64,000 nt of DNA, from positions 24,051 through 88,050 of the forward strand of contig DATJPD010000043.1 in assembly GCA_035506575.1 (NCBI GenBank), in the 5' to 3' direction. Made by a program: the position numbers and the translations under genes. The stretch's first letter is position 1; each line of letters starts with the position of its first letter. Below are positions 33,121 to 44,711 of the stretch, in pieces. The notes beneath the pieces were generated by a model. The model was not told where the DNA came from. It was given only the letters and a program-made list of their open reading frames with translations, and did no database searches. This DNA is from Alphaproteobacteria bacterium (GTDB lineage Bacteria > Pseudomonadota > Alphaproteobacteria > CACIAM-22H2).

Positions 33121-33978
33121 TCATTCCGCCGCCACTCCGAGAGCAACCGGGGCGGGACCGGGAACGGCCGTGGTACGGGACGTTTCCCCAGCCCGAGCGC
33201 CCACCGCCGCGAGTACCACCTCTTCGATTTCAGCCGTCGTGCGATAGCACAGACTGCAATCCAACGGCGGCCCTTCAAATCCCGGCAGATTTGAAAAGAT
33301 GACGGCCCGCTCCACGTTTTGCGGAGGCCAGCCATAGAGTGCCGCCCGACCTTTATCGATTCCGGTCTGAAACACGATGCTGCAGCAGTAGTCCGGCCGC
33401 CAGCGCGCCAAAGCCACCGCTCTCGTCAGCGGCGAGATCGTGGAAGCGAGCTTGCCACCGCGATAATCGGGATCGAGCCACAGTGAGCCCATGAGACCGA
33501 CGCGGCCAGACATCCTCGCCGCCGTTGGCGCGGTCGCCTCGCCGCGTGCATTCGGGGCATCGGGCACGACATCGTATAAAAGCCGCAGGGATTCGATCTC
33601 CGCCTTCAACGTCGTATTCGGCCATACGTAGAGGCGTATCGCATGCGACATGACCGTATCGCCTGCGGCGTTCACGCCCTTGAGCCAGAAAGCATTGCGC
33701 TCATCGAGCGTCGCGTATTGAGGAGAAAAGCACGGAAGCGGACTGAACCAGTCCCGGTTCCGCTTGCGGCGATTCGTCTCAACGAACTCGCCAAAATCCG
33801 TACACAGCGACACGCGGATGCCGTTGTCGCGCAGCATTCGATCGGCTCGCAACACATACCGCCCCAAGGCTTCGAGCGGCCCGAATTTGATGTCGAGCTG
33901 ATCCGGCAGCCGCGGCACACGTGCCTGCCGGCTGATCAAACCGAGATCGGACAATAAGCTGACTGACCCCTCTGGCAT
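33121..33978 (-). CDS. hypothetical protein with GNAT-like acyltransferase motif
   Basis: start MPEGSVSLL with an AGGAGG Shine-Dalgarno 6 nt upstream (A at 33978); GNAT motif-A-like LWLDPDYRGGKLAS; the longer ORF to 34128 is probably leader. Confidence 0.5.
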   Translation of the reverse strand: MPEGSVSLLSDLGLISRQARVPRLPDQLDIKFGPLEALGRYVLRADRMLRDNGIRVSLCTDFGEFVETNRRKRNRDWFSPLPCFSPQYATLDERNAFWLKGVNAAGDTVMSHAIRLYVWPNTTLKAEIESLRLLYDVVPDAPNARGEATAPTAARMSGRVGLMGSLWLDPDYRGGKLASTISPLTRAVALARWRPDYCCSIVFQTGIDKGRAALYGWPPQNVERAVIFSNLPGFEGPPLDCSLCYRTTAEIEEVVLAAVGARAGETSRTTAVPGPAPVALGVAAE

Positions 33979-34309
33979 GACGTCCTCCTGATGTTTGTGA
34001 AGGCAAGGCCGCAAACTTGCGGGTGGCCGCGCAAAATGACCTTCGCTGCCCCGCCCGATCAGCGGCGGAGCTGTCACGCAAACGTAACGAGCGTAACGGT
34101 TACTTTTGTCGCCCGGAGTTAACCCCAATTAACCTAAACGCCCTAGGGATTGCCGACAAACGATTCGGCGTCACTGGCGGTAGTAAATTGGGGATAAACT
34201 TAATTAAAACTATTAACCATAATCACGGGTTTGTGTAGGTAGGACAGAGACATGACGCTGCGCCGGAGCCCAAACGGGCATCCGTCGCGCAACTGCGCCG
34301 CCGTCGTGT

Positions 34310-37189
34310 TCAGGCGGGGAGTGTTTCGGACGGTGTGCGCCGCCGTCGCCCCGGCGTGTCGTCGCCGCCGGCAGCGCGCGCGTCGGGATCGGTCAAGGCC
34401 ACGACCAGCCGGTCGCGCAGCAGCTTGAGCTTCGACTCCTGGTCGATTTTGTGGCCGAAGACGTCCTTGACGTAGAACACGTCGACGACGCGCTCGCCGT
34501 AGGTCACGATCTTCGCGGTCGAGATCGAAATGCCGAGTGCGGTGAGCGTCCGCGTCACCTCGTAGAGGAGACCGGGGCGGTCGCGGCCGTTGATCTCGAT
34601 CAGCGTGTGCGTGGCGGACGCCGCGTTGTCGATCAAGACGCGCGGCGGCACGCGGAACACGTGGGTGCGGCTGGTGATCGCCGGCCGCCGCGAGAACGTC
34701 TCGCGCAGCCGGACGCGGCCCGAAAGCGCCTGCTCGATGTGGGTCGCGAGCCGTGCGATGCGCTCCGGCCGGTCGAAGGCGCCGCGCGGCGTCCCGTCTG
34801 CGAGGCCCGCCGCATCCTGAAGCTGGAACACGTCCAGCGCCATGCCGTTCGACATGGTGAAGATCTGCGCGCCAACGATGTTTGCACCGGCAAGCGCCAT
34901 GGCGCCGCACAACCGGCTAAACAGGCCGGGATGGTCGCCGGTGTAGATCGTCACTTCCGTCACGTCCCGCGCGCGGTCGATCCGGGTATCGACGGTCAGC
35001 GGCGTGCCGGTTCGCTCGGCCTCGCGCACGAGGCGGGCCTGGCGCGACAAGGACGGCACGTCGAACGCCAGCCAGTAATCCGCATAGCCCCTCGCGACGT
35101 GCTCGGCGAACTCGGACTCGCCCCAGTCGGCAAGCTCGGCGCGCAACGCAGCTTGGACCTGCGCCGCGCGCGCCTTCGCACCCGCTCCCGGTGCGGCGCC
35201 GGCGAGCGCTTCTTCGGTGAGGAAGTAGAGCTCGCGCAGCAAGGCGGCCTTCCAGTTGTTCCACACATTCGGCCCGACGCCGCGGATATCGGCGATGGTG
35301 AGGCAAAGCAGGAGGCGAAGCCGTTCCGGGGACTGCACGAGGCCCGCAAAGTCGCGGATCGTCTTCGGATCGTGGATGTCGCGCTTGAACGCCGTGTTCG
35401 ACATGGCGAGATGCCAGCGCACCAGCCACGACACGGTCTCGGTCTCCTCCTCCGTAAGCCCCAGCCGCGGCCCGAGCTTCAGCGCGATCTCGGCCCCCAG
35501 GACCGAATGATCGCCGCCGCGTCCCTTGGCGATGTCGTGCAGCAGAAGAGCCAGGTAGAGGGCCCGGCGCGACTGGATCTTGGGGAAGATCTCGGTGGCG
35601 AGCGGATGGTCCGCCTTGAGCTCGCCCGCTTCGATGCGCTGCATGATTCCGATGACGAAGATGGTGTGCTCGTCGACCGTGTACACGTGGTACATGTCAT
35701 GCTGCATCTGGGCCACGACGCGGCCGAAATCGGGGATGAAGCGTCCGAAGACCCCGGCCTCGTTCAGCCGCCGCAGCGTGATCTCGCCGTCGCGGACATC
35801 GGTCAGCATCTCCATGAACAGGCGGTTGGCCTCGGGATTGGCGCGCAAGGCCGAATCCACCAGCCGCAGGTTCTGCCGGATCAGCCGCAGGGCGTAGGGA
35901 TGGATATCAAACCCATGCTGCTGGGCCACGCGGAAGATGCGCAGGAAATTGACCGGATCGTCGGCGAACGCGGTGGTCTTCGCCACGGTCAGACGTCCGC
36001 TCTCGAGCGCGAAGCCGTCGATCGTCTTGGCGCGGCGGCGGCCGAAGCGGCCGAGCGGCAGGGATTTCAGGCTGAAGCGCGGCTTGACCTCGCTCTCGAT
36101 CTCGAGTGCGGCGCAGAAGATGCGCGTCAGGTCGCCCACGTCCTTCGCCACCAGGAAGTAGTGCTTCATGAAGCGTTCGACGCCGCGCGTGCCGCGGTGC
36201 TCGGTGTAGCCCATGCGCCGGCCGATCTCCTCCTGCACGTCGAAGGTCAGACGCTCCTCCGGCCGGCCCGCGAGATAATGGAGGTGGCAGCGGACGCACA
36301 GCAGGAAGTCGAGCGCCTTGGTGAATTTCGCCGCCTCGTCCGCGGTGAGGACTCCCTTGGTCACGAGATCTTCGACCCGCTCGACGCGATGGACGTATTT
36401 CGCGATCCAGAACAACGTGTGCAGGTCGCGCAGGCCCCCCTTGCCCTCCTTGACGTTGGGCTCCAGCACGTAGCGTGAATCGCCCAGGCGCTTGTGGCGC
36501 TCGTTGCGCTCGGTGAGCTTGGCCGCGATGAAGTCGTGGACCGTTCCCTTGACGACCTCCGAGAAGAACCGTTGCCGCAGCTCGGCATACAGCTTGTCGT
36601 CGCCCCACAGGTAGCGGGATTCGAGAAGCGCGGTGCGGATCGTGATGTCCTCGCGCGCAAGGCGCAGGCATTCCGGCAGCGAGCGCGTCGCGTGCCCCAC
36701 CTTGAGGCCGAGATCCCACAGCATGTACAGGATGAACTCGACGATCTGCTCGCCGCGCGGCGTCTGTTTGTACGGCAGGAGGAACAGCAGATCGATGTCG
36801 GATTGCGGGCACAGCTCGCCGCGCCCGTAGCCGCCCACGGCCACGATCGTCAGACGCTCCGCCAAGGTGAGGTTGGAGGAGCGGTAGACATACCAGTCTG
36901 CGTAATCGTGGATCACGCGCACCAGCTGGTCGATGAGGAAGCTGGTGGCCCTGACCGCGGCGATGCCGATGCCGCTCTCCCGCGCGCCCTCCCCGGCCTC
37001 GAAACGCTCGCGGATCTCCGCCCGCCCCTTCGCCAGGACCTCCTTGAGGGCGTCGAGGACGCGCGCGCGCTGGAGTTCCGGCGTCAGATCTTCGTTGCGC
37101 GCGATCTCGGTGAGCGCGTCCATCACGACGCGCCGGTCGACGATGTCGCGTTGGCGGGAAATCTCACGCGGCCGCGCGCTTGCGTCCAT
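34310..37189 (-). CDS. glnD: [protein-PII] uridylyltransferase/uridylyl-removing enzyme
   Basis: nucleotidyltransferase, HD (LLLHDIAKGRGGDHSVLGA) and two ACT domains; start uncertain (M at 37255, 37189 or 37123). Confidence 0.9.
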   Translation of the reverse strand: MDASARPREISRQRDIVDRRVVMDALTEIARNEDLTPELQRARVLDALKEVLAKGRAEIRERFEAGEGARESGIGIAAVRATSFLIDQLVRVIHDYADWYVYRSSNLTLAERLTIVAVGGYGRGELCPQSDIDLLFLLPYKQTPRGEQIVEFILYMLWDLGLKVGHATRSLPECLRLAREDITIRTALLESRYLWGDDKLYAELRQRFFSEVVKGTVHDFIAAKLTERNERHKRLGDSRYVLEPNVKEGKGGLRDLHTLFWIAKYVHRVERVEDLVTKGVLTADEAAKFTKALDFLLCVRCHLHYLAGRPEERLTFDVQEEIGRRMGYTEHRGTRGVERFMKHYFLVAKDVGDLTRIFCAALEIESEVKPRFSLKSLPLGRFGRRRAKTIDGFALESGRLTVAKTTAFADDPVNFLRIFRVAQQHGFDIHPYALRLIRQNLRLVDSALRANPEANRLFMEMLTDVRDGEITLRRLNEAGVFGRFIPDFGRVVAQMQHDMYHVYTVDEHTIFVIGIMQRIEAGELKADHPLATEIFPKIQSRRALYLALLLHDIAKGRGGDHSVLGAEIALKLGPRLGLTEEETETVSWLVRWHLAMSNTAFKRDIHDPKTIRDFAGLVQSPERLRLLLCLTIADIRGVGPNVWNNWKAALLRELYFLTEEALAGAAPGAGAKARAAQVQAALRAELADWGESEFAEHVARGYADYWLAFDVPSLSRQARLVREAERTGTPLTVDTRIDRARDVTEVTIYTGDHPGLFSRLCGAMALAGANIVGAQIFTMSNGMALDVFQLQDAAGLADGTPRGAFDRPERIARLATHIEQALSGRVRLRETFSRRPAITSRTHVFRVPPRVLIDNAASATHTLIEINGRDRPGLLYEVTRTLTALGISISTAKIVTYGERVVDVFYVKDVFGHKIDQESKLKLLRDRLVVALTDPDARAAGGDDTPGRRRRTPSETLPA

Positions 37190-37258
37190 ACGACCGAAAC
37201 TCAGGGGTGATCCGGGGCTCCGCCGAAACCTACCAGTTCCGGGGCCGCCTCGCACGCG

Positions 37259-37900
37259 TCATCGGGCCGGTGCCGGCCCTAAACCGGGTGCCCATCTGTA
37301 GGCAAGCGCCGCGGCGAGAAGCAGCCCATCGGCCATGATTTCGGCCCGCAATCCGCGCGCCATCGCATAGTGGACGAAGGCGGCAAAGACCGCCGGGTAG
37401 ATGAGCGTGTGGAGGCGCCGCCAGGACGCCGGCCCCAAAAACCGGTGCATCGCCGCAGGCGAAGTCGCGGCCAACGGCACCAGCAGGACCGCCCCCGCAG
37501 CACCGATGGTGAGGTAGCGCCGGAGCACGAGCTCGCCGCCAAGAAACGGCCAGTCGTAGCCGTATTCGCGGGCCCACGCGAGGAGGTGCACGAGGGCGTA
37601 GAACGCTCCGAACAGGCCGATCATGCGGCGAAAGGCGGCAAATCCGGGCTGACCCGAGAGCCGCGCCAGCGGCGTCACGCACAGCCCGGCGATCAGAAAC
37701 CGCATCGACCAGTCGCCGCTGAGATCGGTCAACGCCGCCCACGGCCGCGCCAGGGTGGCGGCCCGATAATCGATCGCAAAGCCGATCAGAGGAACCAGGC
37801 CCAGGACGAACAGCACCGCCCGGCTGCGCGCAAAGGTGCCGCGCGCCACGGGCGCCTTACTTTCGGGCAAGCAGTCCCCGCAGCCGGTACAGCGCCTCAA
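37259..37900 (-). CDS. msrQ: MsrQ/YedZ-like ferric-reductase-domain heme membrane protein (no msrP partner)
   Basis: 213 aa; 6 TM helices with conserved His (HLLAW, HTLIYP, FVHYAM); the annotated start overlaps the mutS 3' end by 44 nt, so the true start is probably internal. Confidence 0.55.
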   Translation of the reverse strand: MRRCTGCGDCLPESKAPVARGTFARSRAVLFVLGLVPLIGFAIDYRAATLARPWAALTDLSGDWSMRFLIAGLCVTPLARLSGQPGFAAFRRMIGLFGAFYALVHLLAWAREYGYDWPFLGGELVLRRYLTIGAAGAVLLVPLAATSPAAMHRFLGPASWRRLHTLIYPAVFAAFVHYAMARGLRAEIMADGLLLAAALAYRWAPGLGPAPAR

Positions 37901-40565
37901 GAGCCGCTTTCGGCGTCAACTCGTCGGGATTGACCTCGCGCAGCGCCGTCTCGATCGCGGAGGGCGCCGTCGCCCCCGGCGCGCCGCCGGACTTGGGCCG
38001 TGCAGCGCTGAACAGCGGCAGGTCATCGGCCAGTTTCGTGGCGGCGTTCGCCTGCTCGCCCGCCTCCAGTTTGCGCAATACCTCCTCGGCCCGCGCGATG
38101 ACCGCCGCAGGCAGGCCCGCCAGCCGCGCCACATGAATGCCGTACGACCGGTCGGCCGCCCCCGGGGCGACCTCGTGGAGGAACACGACCTCGTCCTGCC
38201 ACTCCTTCACCCGCATCGTCCAGCAGGCGAGCCCGGCTAGACGTGCCGCGAGGGCCGTGAGCTCGTGATAGTGGGTCGCGAACAACGCCCGGCAGCGATT
38301 GGCTTCGTGCAGGTGCTCGACGGTGGCCCAGGCGATCGACAGACCGTCGAAGGTCGCGGTCCCGCGCCCGATCTCATCCAGGATCACGAGCGAGCGCTCG
38401 GTGGCGCGGTTAAGGATCGTCGCCGTCTCGACCATCTCGACCATGAAGGTCGAGCGGCCGCGGGCAAGATCGTCGGCCGCACCCACGCGACTGAACAGCC
38501 GGTCGACGACGCCGATCCGTGCCGCGTCGGCCGGCACGTAGCTTCCGAGCTGTGCTAGTACCGCGATCAGCGCGTTCTGGCGGAGGAAGGTCGACTTGCC
38601 GGCCATGTTCGGCCCGGTCAGGAGCCAGATTCGCTTGTCGGACGCTGCAAGCGCGCAGTCGTTGGCGATGAACGCGGTCCCTCCTGCCTCCGCGAGCGCC
38701 GCCTCGACCACGGGATGTCGCCCGCCGGTGATGACGAATTCGAGGCTCTGATCAACGACCGGCCGGCAGTAGCGCCGTTCGACCGCGAGCTCCGCCAGGG
38801 CGGCCGCGACGTCGAGGGCTGCGATCGCCCGCGCGGCACCCGCGATCGCGGCGGCGCGCGCCGATACTTCTTTCACCAAGTCCTCGAACAGGACCAACTC
38901 GAGGGCCAAGGCCTTGTCCGCGGCGCTGGTGATCTTCGTCTCCAGCTCGCCGAGCTCGACGGTCGTGAACCGCATGGCGCCCGCCAGCGTCTGGCGGTGG
39001 ATGAAGCGGCTGCCCGCCCCGGCCGTGATCTTGTCGGCGTGGGTTTGCGTCACCTCGATGAAATAGCCGAGCACGTTGTTGTGGCGGATCTTGAGGCTCG
39101 GAATCTTCGTGTCGGCGGCGTAGCGGCCCTGCAGCTCGGCAATCAGCTTACGGCTCGCATCGCGCAGGGTCCTGAGCTCGTCGAGCTCCGCCGTATAGCC
39201 CGCGGCGATGAAACCGCCGTCACGCGCCATGAGCGGCAGATCGGCACCCAGCGCGCGCGTCAGCCGCTCCACGAGCACCCCGTGCTCGCCGAGCTCGGTC
39301 ACCGCCTCGGCGAGCCCCGCAGGTATGCCGGAGAGCCCGCCGTCACCGATGGCGCGCTTGAGGTCTGGGATACGGCCGAGCGCATCGCGGAGGCCGGCGA
39401 GATCGCGCGGGCCGCCGCGGCCGAGCCCGAGCCGCGACAACGCTCGCTCGATGTCGCCCACCCCCTTGAGTGCCGTGCGCACCGTCTCGCGCCGCCGCGC
39501 GTCGGCGACGAACCACGCGACCATGTCGAGACGGCGGTCGATCGCGGCAGGGTCGGTCAGGGGTGCGGCCAGCCGGGCCGCCAGCATGCGCGCGCCGGCG
39601 CCGGTCAAGGTGCGGTCGATGCACTGAAGAAGCGACCCCGTCCTCTCGCCGGCCAGGCTTTCCGCCAGTTCGAGATTGCGCCGCGTGGCCGGGTCGATTT
39701 CCATCACGCTCGCATCGGCGATGCGAATGGGCGTCGAAAGACTGGGGACGCGGCCCTTCTGCGTGAGCTCGACATAGTCGACGAGCGCCCCGCCCGCCGC
39801 GAGCTCGGCGCGCCCGAAGGCGCCGAAGGCGTCCAGCGCCTTCACGCCGTACAGCGCTTCCAGCCGCCTGCGGCCGTTCTCGCTGTCGAAGCGCGAGGGA
39901 GGCAGCGGTGTCAGCGCCGCCTTCCAAGGCTGGAATGTCTCGAAGAACTCCGGCCGCGCGGTGAAGCGGTCCGAGACCAGGACCTCGCCGGGCGAGACGC
40001 GCGCCAGCAACGAGCCAAGGCGCTGCGGATCGACCGGTTGCAGCCAGAACTCGCCGGTGGACAGGTCGAGCCAGGCGAAGCCCATGGCGCCCCCCGACCC
40101 GCCGGTCTCGGCGAGAGCCGCCAGATAATTGTGCCGCTTCGCATCGAGCAGCGAGTCTTCGGTCAGCGTGCCCGGCGTGATCAGGCGCACGACCTCCCGC
40201 TTCACGACGGCCTTGGCGCCCCGCTTCTTGGCGGCCGCAGGATCTTCGGTCTGCTCGCAGACCGCGACGCGGTAGCCGAGGCGGATAAGCCGCGCGAGGT
40301 AGGTCTCCGCCGCATGGACCGGGACGCCGCACAGCGGGATGTCCTCGCCGTTGTGCTTGCCCCGGCGGGTCAAGGTGAGGCTCAGCGCGCGCGCGGCGGT
40401 GATCGCGTCCTCGAAGAACAGTTCGTAGAAGTCGCCCATCCGGTAGAAGAGAAGACAGTCGGGATAGGCGCGACGGATCTCGAGATACTGCGCCAGCATC
40501 GGGGTCGCCGCCGCGAGATCGGACGCCGCCGGAGCCGCCGGTTCTGAGATCGAGGTGTCGTTCAT
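37857..40565 (-). CDS. mutS: DNA mismatch repair protein MutS
   Basis: [34 protein letters not shown]; Walker [14 protein letters not shown]; start taken at MNDTSIS (A at 40565). Confidence 0.95.
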   Translation of the reverse strand: MNDTSISEPAAPAASDLAAATPMLAQYLEIRRAYPDCLLFYRMGDFYELFFEDAITAARALSLTLTRRGKHNGEDIPLCGVPVHAAETYLARLIRLGYRVAVCEQTEDPAAAKKRGAKAVVKREVVRLITPGTLTEDSLLDAKRHNYLAALAETGGSGGAMGFAWLDLSTGEFWLQPVDPQRLGSLLARVSPGEVLVSDRFTARPEFFETFQPWKAALTPLPPSRFDSENGRRRLEALYGVKALDAFGAFGRAELAAGGALVDYVELTQKGRVPSLSTPIRIADASVMEIDPATRRNLELAESLAGERTGSLLQCIDRTLTGAGARMLAARLAAPLTDPAAIDRRLDMVAWFVADARRRETVRTALKGVGDIERALSRLGLGRGGPRDLAGLRDALGRIPDLKRAIGDGGLSGIPAGLAEAVTELGEHGVLVERLTRALGADLPLMARDGGFIAAGYTAELDELRTLRDASRKLIAELQGRYAADTKIPSLKIRHNNVLGYFIEVTQTHADKITAGAGSRFIHRQTLAGAMRFTTVELGELETKITSAADKALALELVLFEDLVKEVSARAAAIAGAARAIAALDVAAALAELAVERRYCRPVVDQSLEFVITGGRHPVVEAALAEAGGTAFIANDCALAASDKRIWLLTGPNMAGKSTFLRQNALIAVLAQLGSYVPADAARIGVVDRLFSRVGAADDLARGRSTFMVEMVETATILNRATERSLVILDEIGRGTATFDGLSIAWATVEHLHEANRCRALFATHYHELTALAARLAGLACWTMRVKEWQDEVVFLHEVAPGAADRSYGIHVARLAGLPAAVIARAEEVLRKLEAGEQANAATKLADDLPLFSAARPKSGGAPGATAPSAIETALREVNPDELTPKAALEALYRLRGLLARK

Positions 40566-40749
40566 AAGTGTGGGGGGCGAGTCGGACGAGAACGGCCACG
40601 ATAGCATGTCCGCCCGGGATGCAAGGCGGGCCCGCGCGCGGCCGCCGCCCCGCTTTGACGGGCGTTTGCCCGCGGCCTACCATTACCCGCAACGAGAGCC
40701 GGGCACGAAACCCTGCCGCCGGGGAAACACCTAGGGGACCCAACACCTT

Positions 40750-43041
40750 ATGGCCAACGACATCGCCCAGAAGCTCGAAGAAGACGCCCTCAATTTTCAT
40801 TCGCGCGGCCAGCCCGGAAAGATCGCGCTGGCGCCGACCAAGCCGCTCACGACGCAGCGCGATCTGACCCTGGCCTATTCGCCCGGTGTCGCCTGGCCGT
40901 GCCTGCACATCGCGAAGAACCCCGAGCTCGCCTATGACTACACGGCGAAGGGCAACGTGGTGGCGGTGATCTCGAACGGCACGGCCGTGCTGGGTCTGGG
41001 CGATATCGGAGCTCTCGCCGCGAAGCCGGTAATGGAAGGCAAGTGTTGCCTTTTCAAGCGCTTCGCCGACGTCGACGCGTTCGACATCGAGGTCGACACC
41101 AAGGACGTCGACGCGTTCGTCAACTGCGTGCGCTACATCGGCAAGGCGTTCGGCGGCATCAACCTCGAGGACATCAAGGCACCCGAGTGCTTCATCATCG
41201 AGCAGCGCCTGCGCGAGCTGCTCGACATCCCCGTGTTCCACGACGACCAGCACGGGACGTCCATCGTCGCCACCGCCGGGCTCATCAACGCGCTCCAGCT
41301 CACCGGCCGCGACATCAAGAAGATCAAGATGGTCGTGAACGGCGCCGGGGCCGCCTCGATCGCCTGCGTGGAGCTCCTGAAGCGCATGGGCCTGCCCGGC
41401 GACCAGGTGATCCTATGCGATACCAAGGGCGTCATCTACCAGGGCCGCACCGAATCCATGAACCAGTGGAAATCGGCGCACGCGGCACCGACCAAGGCGC
41501 GCACGCTCGCCCAGGCGCTCGAGGGTGCGGACGTCTTGTTCGGCCTCTCGGCCAAAGGCGCGGTCACCAAGCCGATGGTCAAGAGCATGGCGGACAAGCC
41601 GATCATCTTCGCCATGGCCAATCCCGATCCGGAGATCACGCCCGAAGAGGTGCGCGAGGTGCGCTCGGACGCGATCATCGCGACCGGCCGCTCCGACTAT
41701 CCGAACCAGGTGAACAACGTCCTCGGGTTTCCGTACATCTTCCGCGGCGCCCTCGACGTGCGCGCAAGCACGATCAACGACGAGATGAAGATCGCCGCCG
41801 CCCAGGCGCTGGCGGCACTGGCGCGCGAGGACGTGCCCGATGAGATGGACGCGGCCTATGCCGGCAAGCGCCTGCGCTATGGTCCCGAGTACATCATCCC
41901 GGCCCCCTTCGACCCGCGGCTGATCTCGGTGGTACCGGCAGCGGTCGCCAAGGCAGCCATGGAGTCGGGGGTCGCGCGCAGCAAGATCACCGACATGGGG
42001 GCGTACGGCCGCAAGCTCATGACGCGGCGCGATCCGATCGCTGCCATCCTGGCGCTCATCCTCGAGAAGGTGCGCGCCAACCCGCGCCGGGTCGTGTTCG
42101 CCGAAGGCGAGGAAGAGAAGGTGGTGCGCGCCGCCGTGCTGTTCCGCGAGAGCGGGTACGGCACGCCCGTGCTGATCGGCCGCGAGGAGCGCATCCACAA
42201 TATGATCGCGGCCACCGGGATCGGGCGCGCCGAAGGGCTCGAGATCCACAACGCGCGCCTGTCGACCCATAATCGGCGGTACGCCGATTTCCTCTACGGA
42301 CGGCTCCAGCGCCAGGGGTTTCTGTGGCGCGACTGCCAGCGCATGATCAACCAGGACCGCAACGTGTTCGCCGCCGCGATGGTCGCCTGCGGCGACGCCG
42401 ATGCGATGGTGACCGGGGTGACGCGCAGCTACCACGTGGCCCTCGATGACGTGCGCAAGGCGATCGACCCGGCACCCGGCCAGCGCCTCATCGGCGTGTC
42501 GATCCTGATCGTGCGCGGCCGCGCCGTCTTCGTGGCCGACACGACCGTGACCGAGCTGCCGACCCCGCGCGACATGGCCGAGACCGGCATCGCGGTCGCC
42601 GGCCTGGCGCGCCGCATGGGCTACGAGCCGCGCGTGGCGATGCTGTCCTTCTCGACCTTCGGCAACCCCGCAACTCAGGCCCTGCCCGTGCGCGAGGCGG
42701 TCGTGGAGCTCGACCGCATGAAGGCGTCCGGGCACCCAGGCATCGATTTCGAATATGACGGCGAGATGTCGGCAGAGGTGGCGCTCGACGCGGAGCTGAT
42801 GCGCACGGCCTATCCGTTCTGCCGCCTGTCCGACGCCGCGAACGTGCTGGTGATGCCCGGGCTTCATTCGGCCAATATCACGAGCCAGGTCGTGGAGCAG
42901 CTCGGCGGCGGCACGGTCATCGGACCGCTTCTGGTCGGCCTCGCAAAGCCCGTCCAGATCGTGCCGCTCGGCTCGACGGTCGGCGATCTCGTCAACACCG
43001 CGGCCTTGGCCGCCTACGATTCGCTCCCCGCCAAACGCTAG
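40750..43041 (+). CDS. maeB: NADP-dependent malic enzyme (malic enzyme + PTA-like domain)
   Basis: 763 aa; LAYSPGVA malic-enzyme motif and a C-terminal phosphotransacetylase-like domain. Confidence 0.93.
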   Translation: MANDIAQKLEEDALNFHSRGQPGKIALAPTKPLTTQRDLTLAYSPGVAWPCLHIAKNPELAYDYTAKGNVVAVISNGTAVLGLGDIGALAAKPVMEGKCCLFKRFADVDAFDIEVDTKDVDAFVNCVRYIGKAFGGINLEDIKAPECFIIEQRLRELLDIPVFHDDQHGTSIVATAGLINALQLTGRDIKKIKMVVNGAGAASIACVELLKRMGLPGDQVILCDTKGVIYQGRTESMNQWKSAHAAPTKARTLAQALEGADVLFGLSAKGAVTKPMVKSMADKPIIFAMANPDPEITPEEVREVRSDAIIATGRSDYPNQVNNVLGFPYIFRGALDVRASTINDEMKIAAAQALAALAREDVPDEMDAAYAGKRLRYGPEYIIPAPFDPRLISVVPAAVAKAAMESGVARSKITDMGAYGRKLMTRRDPIAAILALILEKVRANPRRVVFAEGEEEKVVRAAVLFRESGYGTPVLIGREERIHNMIAATGIGRAEGLEIHNARLSTHNRRYADFLYGRLQRQGFLWRDCQRMINQDRNVFAAAMVACGDADAMVTGVTRSYHVALDDVRKAIDPAPGQRLIGVSILIVRGRAVFVADTTVTELPTPRDMAETGIAVAGLARRMGYEPRVAMLSFSTFGNPATQALPVREAVVELDRMKASGHPGIDFEYDGEMSAEVALDAELMRTAYPFCRLSDAANVLVMPGLHSANITSQVVEQLGGGTVIGPLLVGLAKPVQIVPLGSTVGDLVNTAALAAYDSLPAKR

Positions 43042-43093
43042 GGTTGCACAGCGTCTGCTTGACGCGGGCGCACCCCGCGTGGTTTAGGCGGCT

Positions 43094-44542
43094 ATGGTCG
43101 CCCCGGACACATCAGGCGCTCCCGTGCCGCTGCCGCGCCTCGTCCGCGCGGTCGTGCTCCTGCAAATGCCGGTCATGGCGGCCGTCCTGCTCAGTATGTG
43201 GAGCGGCTGGCTCGCACCGCTGGCGGGGCTCGGCATCTTCGTCTTCAGCGCGGGGGCGGTCGGGTACCTTATCCGCCGGCATCTCTCGGGGCTCGAAGCC
43301 CTGCGTATCCAGGTCGAGAATCTGGCGCGCGACACGCCCGGCGAGCGCAATTACAGCCCCCCCATCGAAATCCCGGCGACCGCCGCGGGGCTCGGACAGG
43401 CGGTTGCCAATCTCGACCGCAGTTGGGTGCAGCGCGGCGAAGAGCTGCGCATCCTGGTGGCGGCGAACGAGGGCATCCTCGAGGCGATCCCGGATCCGCT
43501 GATCCTGATCGACGTGCGGCGCCGGATCACCCGCGCCAATTCGGCGGCACGAGCCTTGTTCGGAGAAGGCATCGTCGGGCGCGACCTTGCGGCGGCCATC
43601 CGTCATCCCGACGTGCTTGAGGCAGCCGAAGAAGGCCTCGCGGGACGGCGCGCGATCCGCACCGTCGACTTCACCTGGCCGGGGCCGCCCGAGCGCCACT
43701 TCAGCGTGCGCTTCGCCCTCCTGCCGCGCATGGCCCCATATGGCAGCGACATGCTCCTGATCCTGCGCGATGTGACGGCACTCAAGCACGCGGAGAAGAT
43801 GCGCGCCGACTTTGTCGCCAATGTGAGCCATGAGCTGCGCACGCCGCTGTCGGCGATCCTCGGCTTCACCGAGACCTTGCGCGGCCCGGCACGCGACGAT
43901 CCGGAGGCTCGCGACCGGTTTTTGGGCATCATGCACGCCCAGTCGCAGCGCATGACCCGCCTCGTCCGCGACCTGCTGTCGCTGTCGCGCATCGAGGAAA
44001 GCGAGCATACGCTGCCGACCGACCGCGTCGATCTCAGCCGGGTGATCGGCAGCGTGGCCGACACGCTCCTGTTGCAGGCCAAGGCCAAGGGAACGACGAT
44101 CGAGCTCGACATTGGCACGGGTCTGCCACCGGTGACCGGCGATTCGGACCAGCTGGCTCAGGTCTTCCAGAACCTGATCGACAATGCGATCAAGTACAGC
44201 AAGTCGAACGGCAAGGTGCGGGTGGTGGCACGCGCCGCCTCCCAGGCGCCGCCGCGGGTCGCGGCAACCAGCGCCGCCGGGCGCGCCACCGATGGCCACG
44301 CGCAAGGCTGGCTGTCGATTTCCATCGCCGATGACGGCGAAGGCATTCCGCGCGAACACCTGCCCCGGCTGACCGAGCGCTTCTACCGCGTCGATGCCGC
44401 ACGCTCGCGCCAGCTGGGCGGCACCGGGCTTGGGCTTGCGATCGTCAAGCACATCCTCAACCGGCACCGGGGCGCATTGGTGATCGACAGCGAGCTGGGC
44501 CACGGCTCGGTGTTTACGGTCTGGCTGCCCGCCAGCTCATAG
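43094..44542 (+). CDS. phoR: phosphate regulon sensor histidine kinase
   Basis: H-box HELRTPLSAILGFTETL and ATPase G-boxes; immediately upstream of pstSCAB-phoU-phoB. Confidence 0.85.
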   Translation: MVAPDTSGAPVPLPRLVRAVVLLQMPVMAAVLLSMWSGWLAPLAGLGIFVFSAGAVGYLIRRHLSGLEALRIQVENLARDTPGERNYSPPIEIPATAAGLGQAVANLDRSWVQRGEELRILVAANEGILEAIPDPLILIDVRRRITRANSAARALFGEGIVGRDLAAAIRHPDVLEAAEEGLAGRRAIRTVDFTWPGPPERHFSVRFALLPRMAPYGSDMLLILRDVTALKHAEKMRADFVANVSHELRTPLSAILGFTETLRGPARDDPEARDRFLGIMHAQSQRMTRLVRDLLSLSRIEESEHTLPTDRVDLSRVIGSVADTLLLQAKAKGTTIELDIGTGLPPVTGDSDQLAQVFQNLIDNAIKYSKSNGKVRVVARAASQAPPRVAATSAAGRATDGHAQGWLSISIADDGEGIPREHLPRLTERFYRVDAARSRQLGGTGLGLAIVKHILNRHRGALVIDSELGHGSVFTVWLPASS

Positions 44543-44606
44543 CCCGGCTCGCATCACGGCGCCCGCATCGATGGCCCGTAAGACGGTGAAATAATACCGA
44601 CTTACT

Positions 44607-44624
44607 TCTGTCATCATATTGTAA
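44607..44624 (+). promoter_or_regulatory. candidate Pho box (CTGTCAT-cata-TTGTAAT) upstream of pstS
   Basis: two 7 bp direct repeats with 11 bp periodicity, about 90 nt before the pstS ATG. Confidence 0.5.
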
Positions 44625-44711
44625 TCAACCCGCTCTACGGTCCGCAGTGCGAATTCGTGGCTGTCGTTCCGCGACCACGCAAAACCATACTTCAAGAATG
44701 AGGAGAAGACG

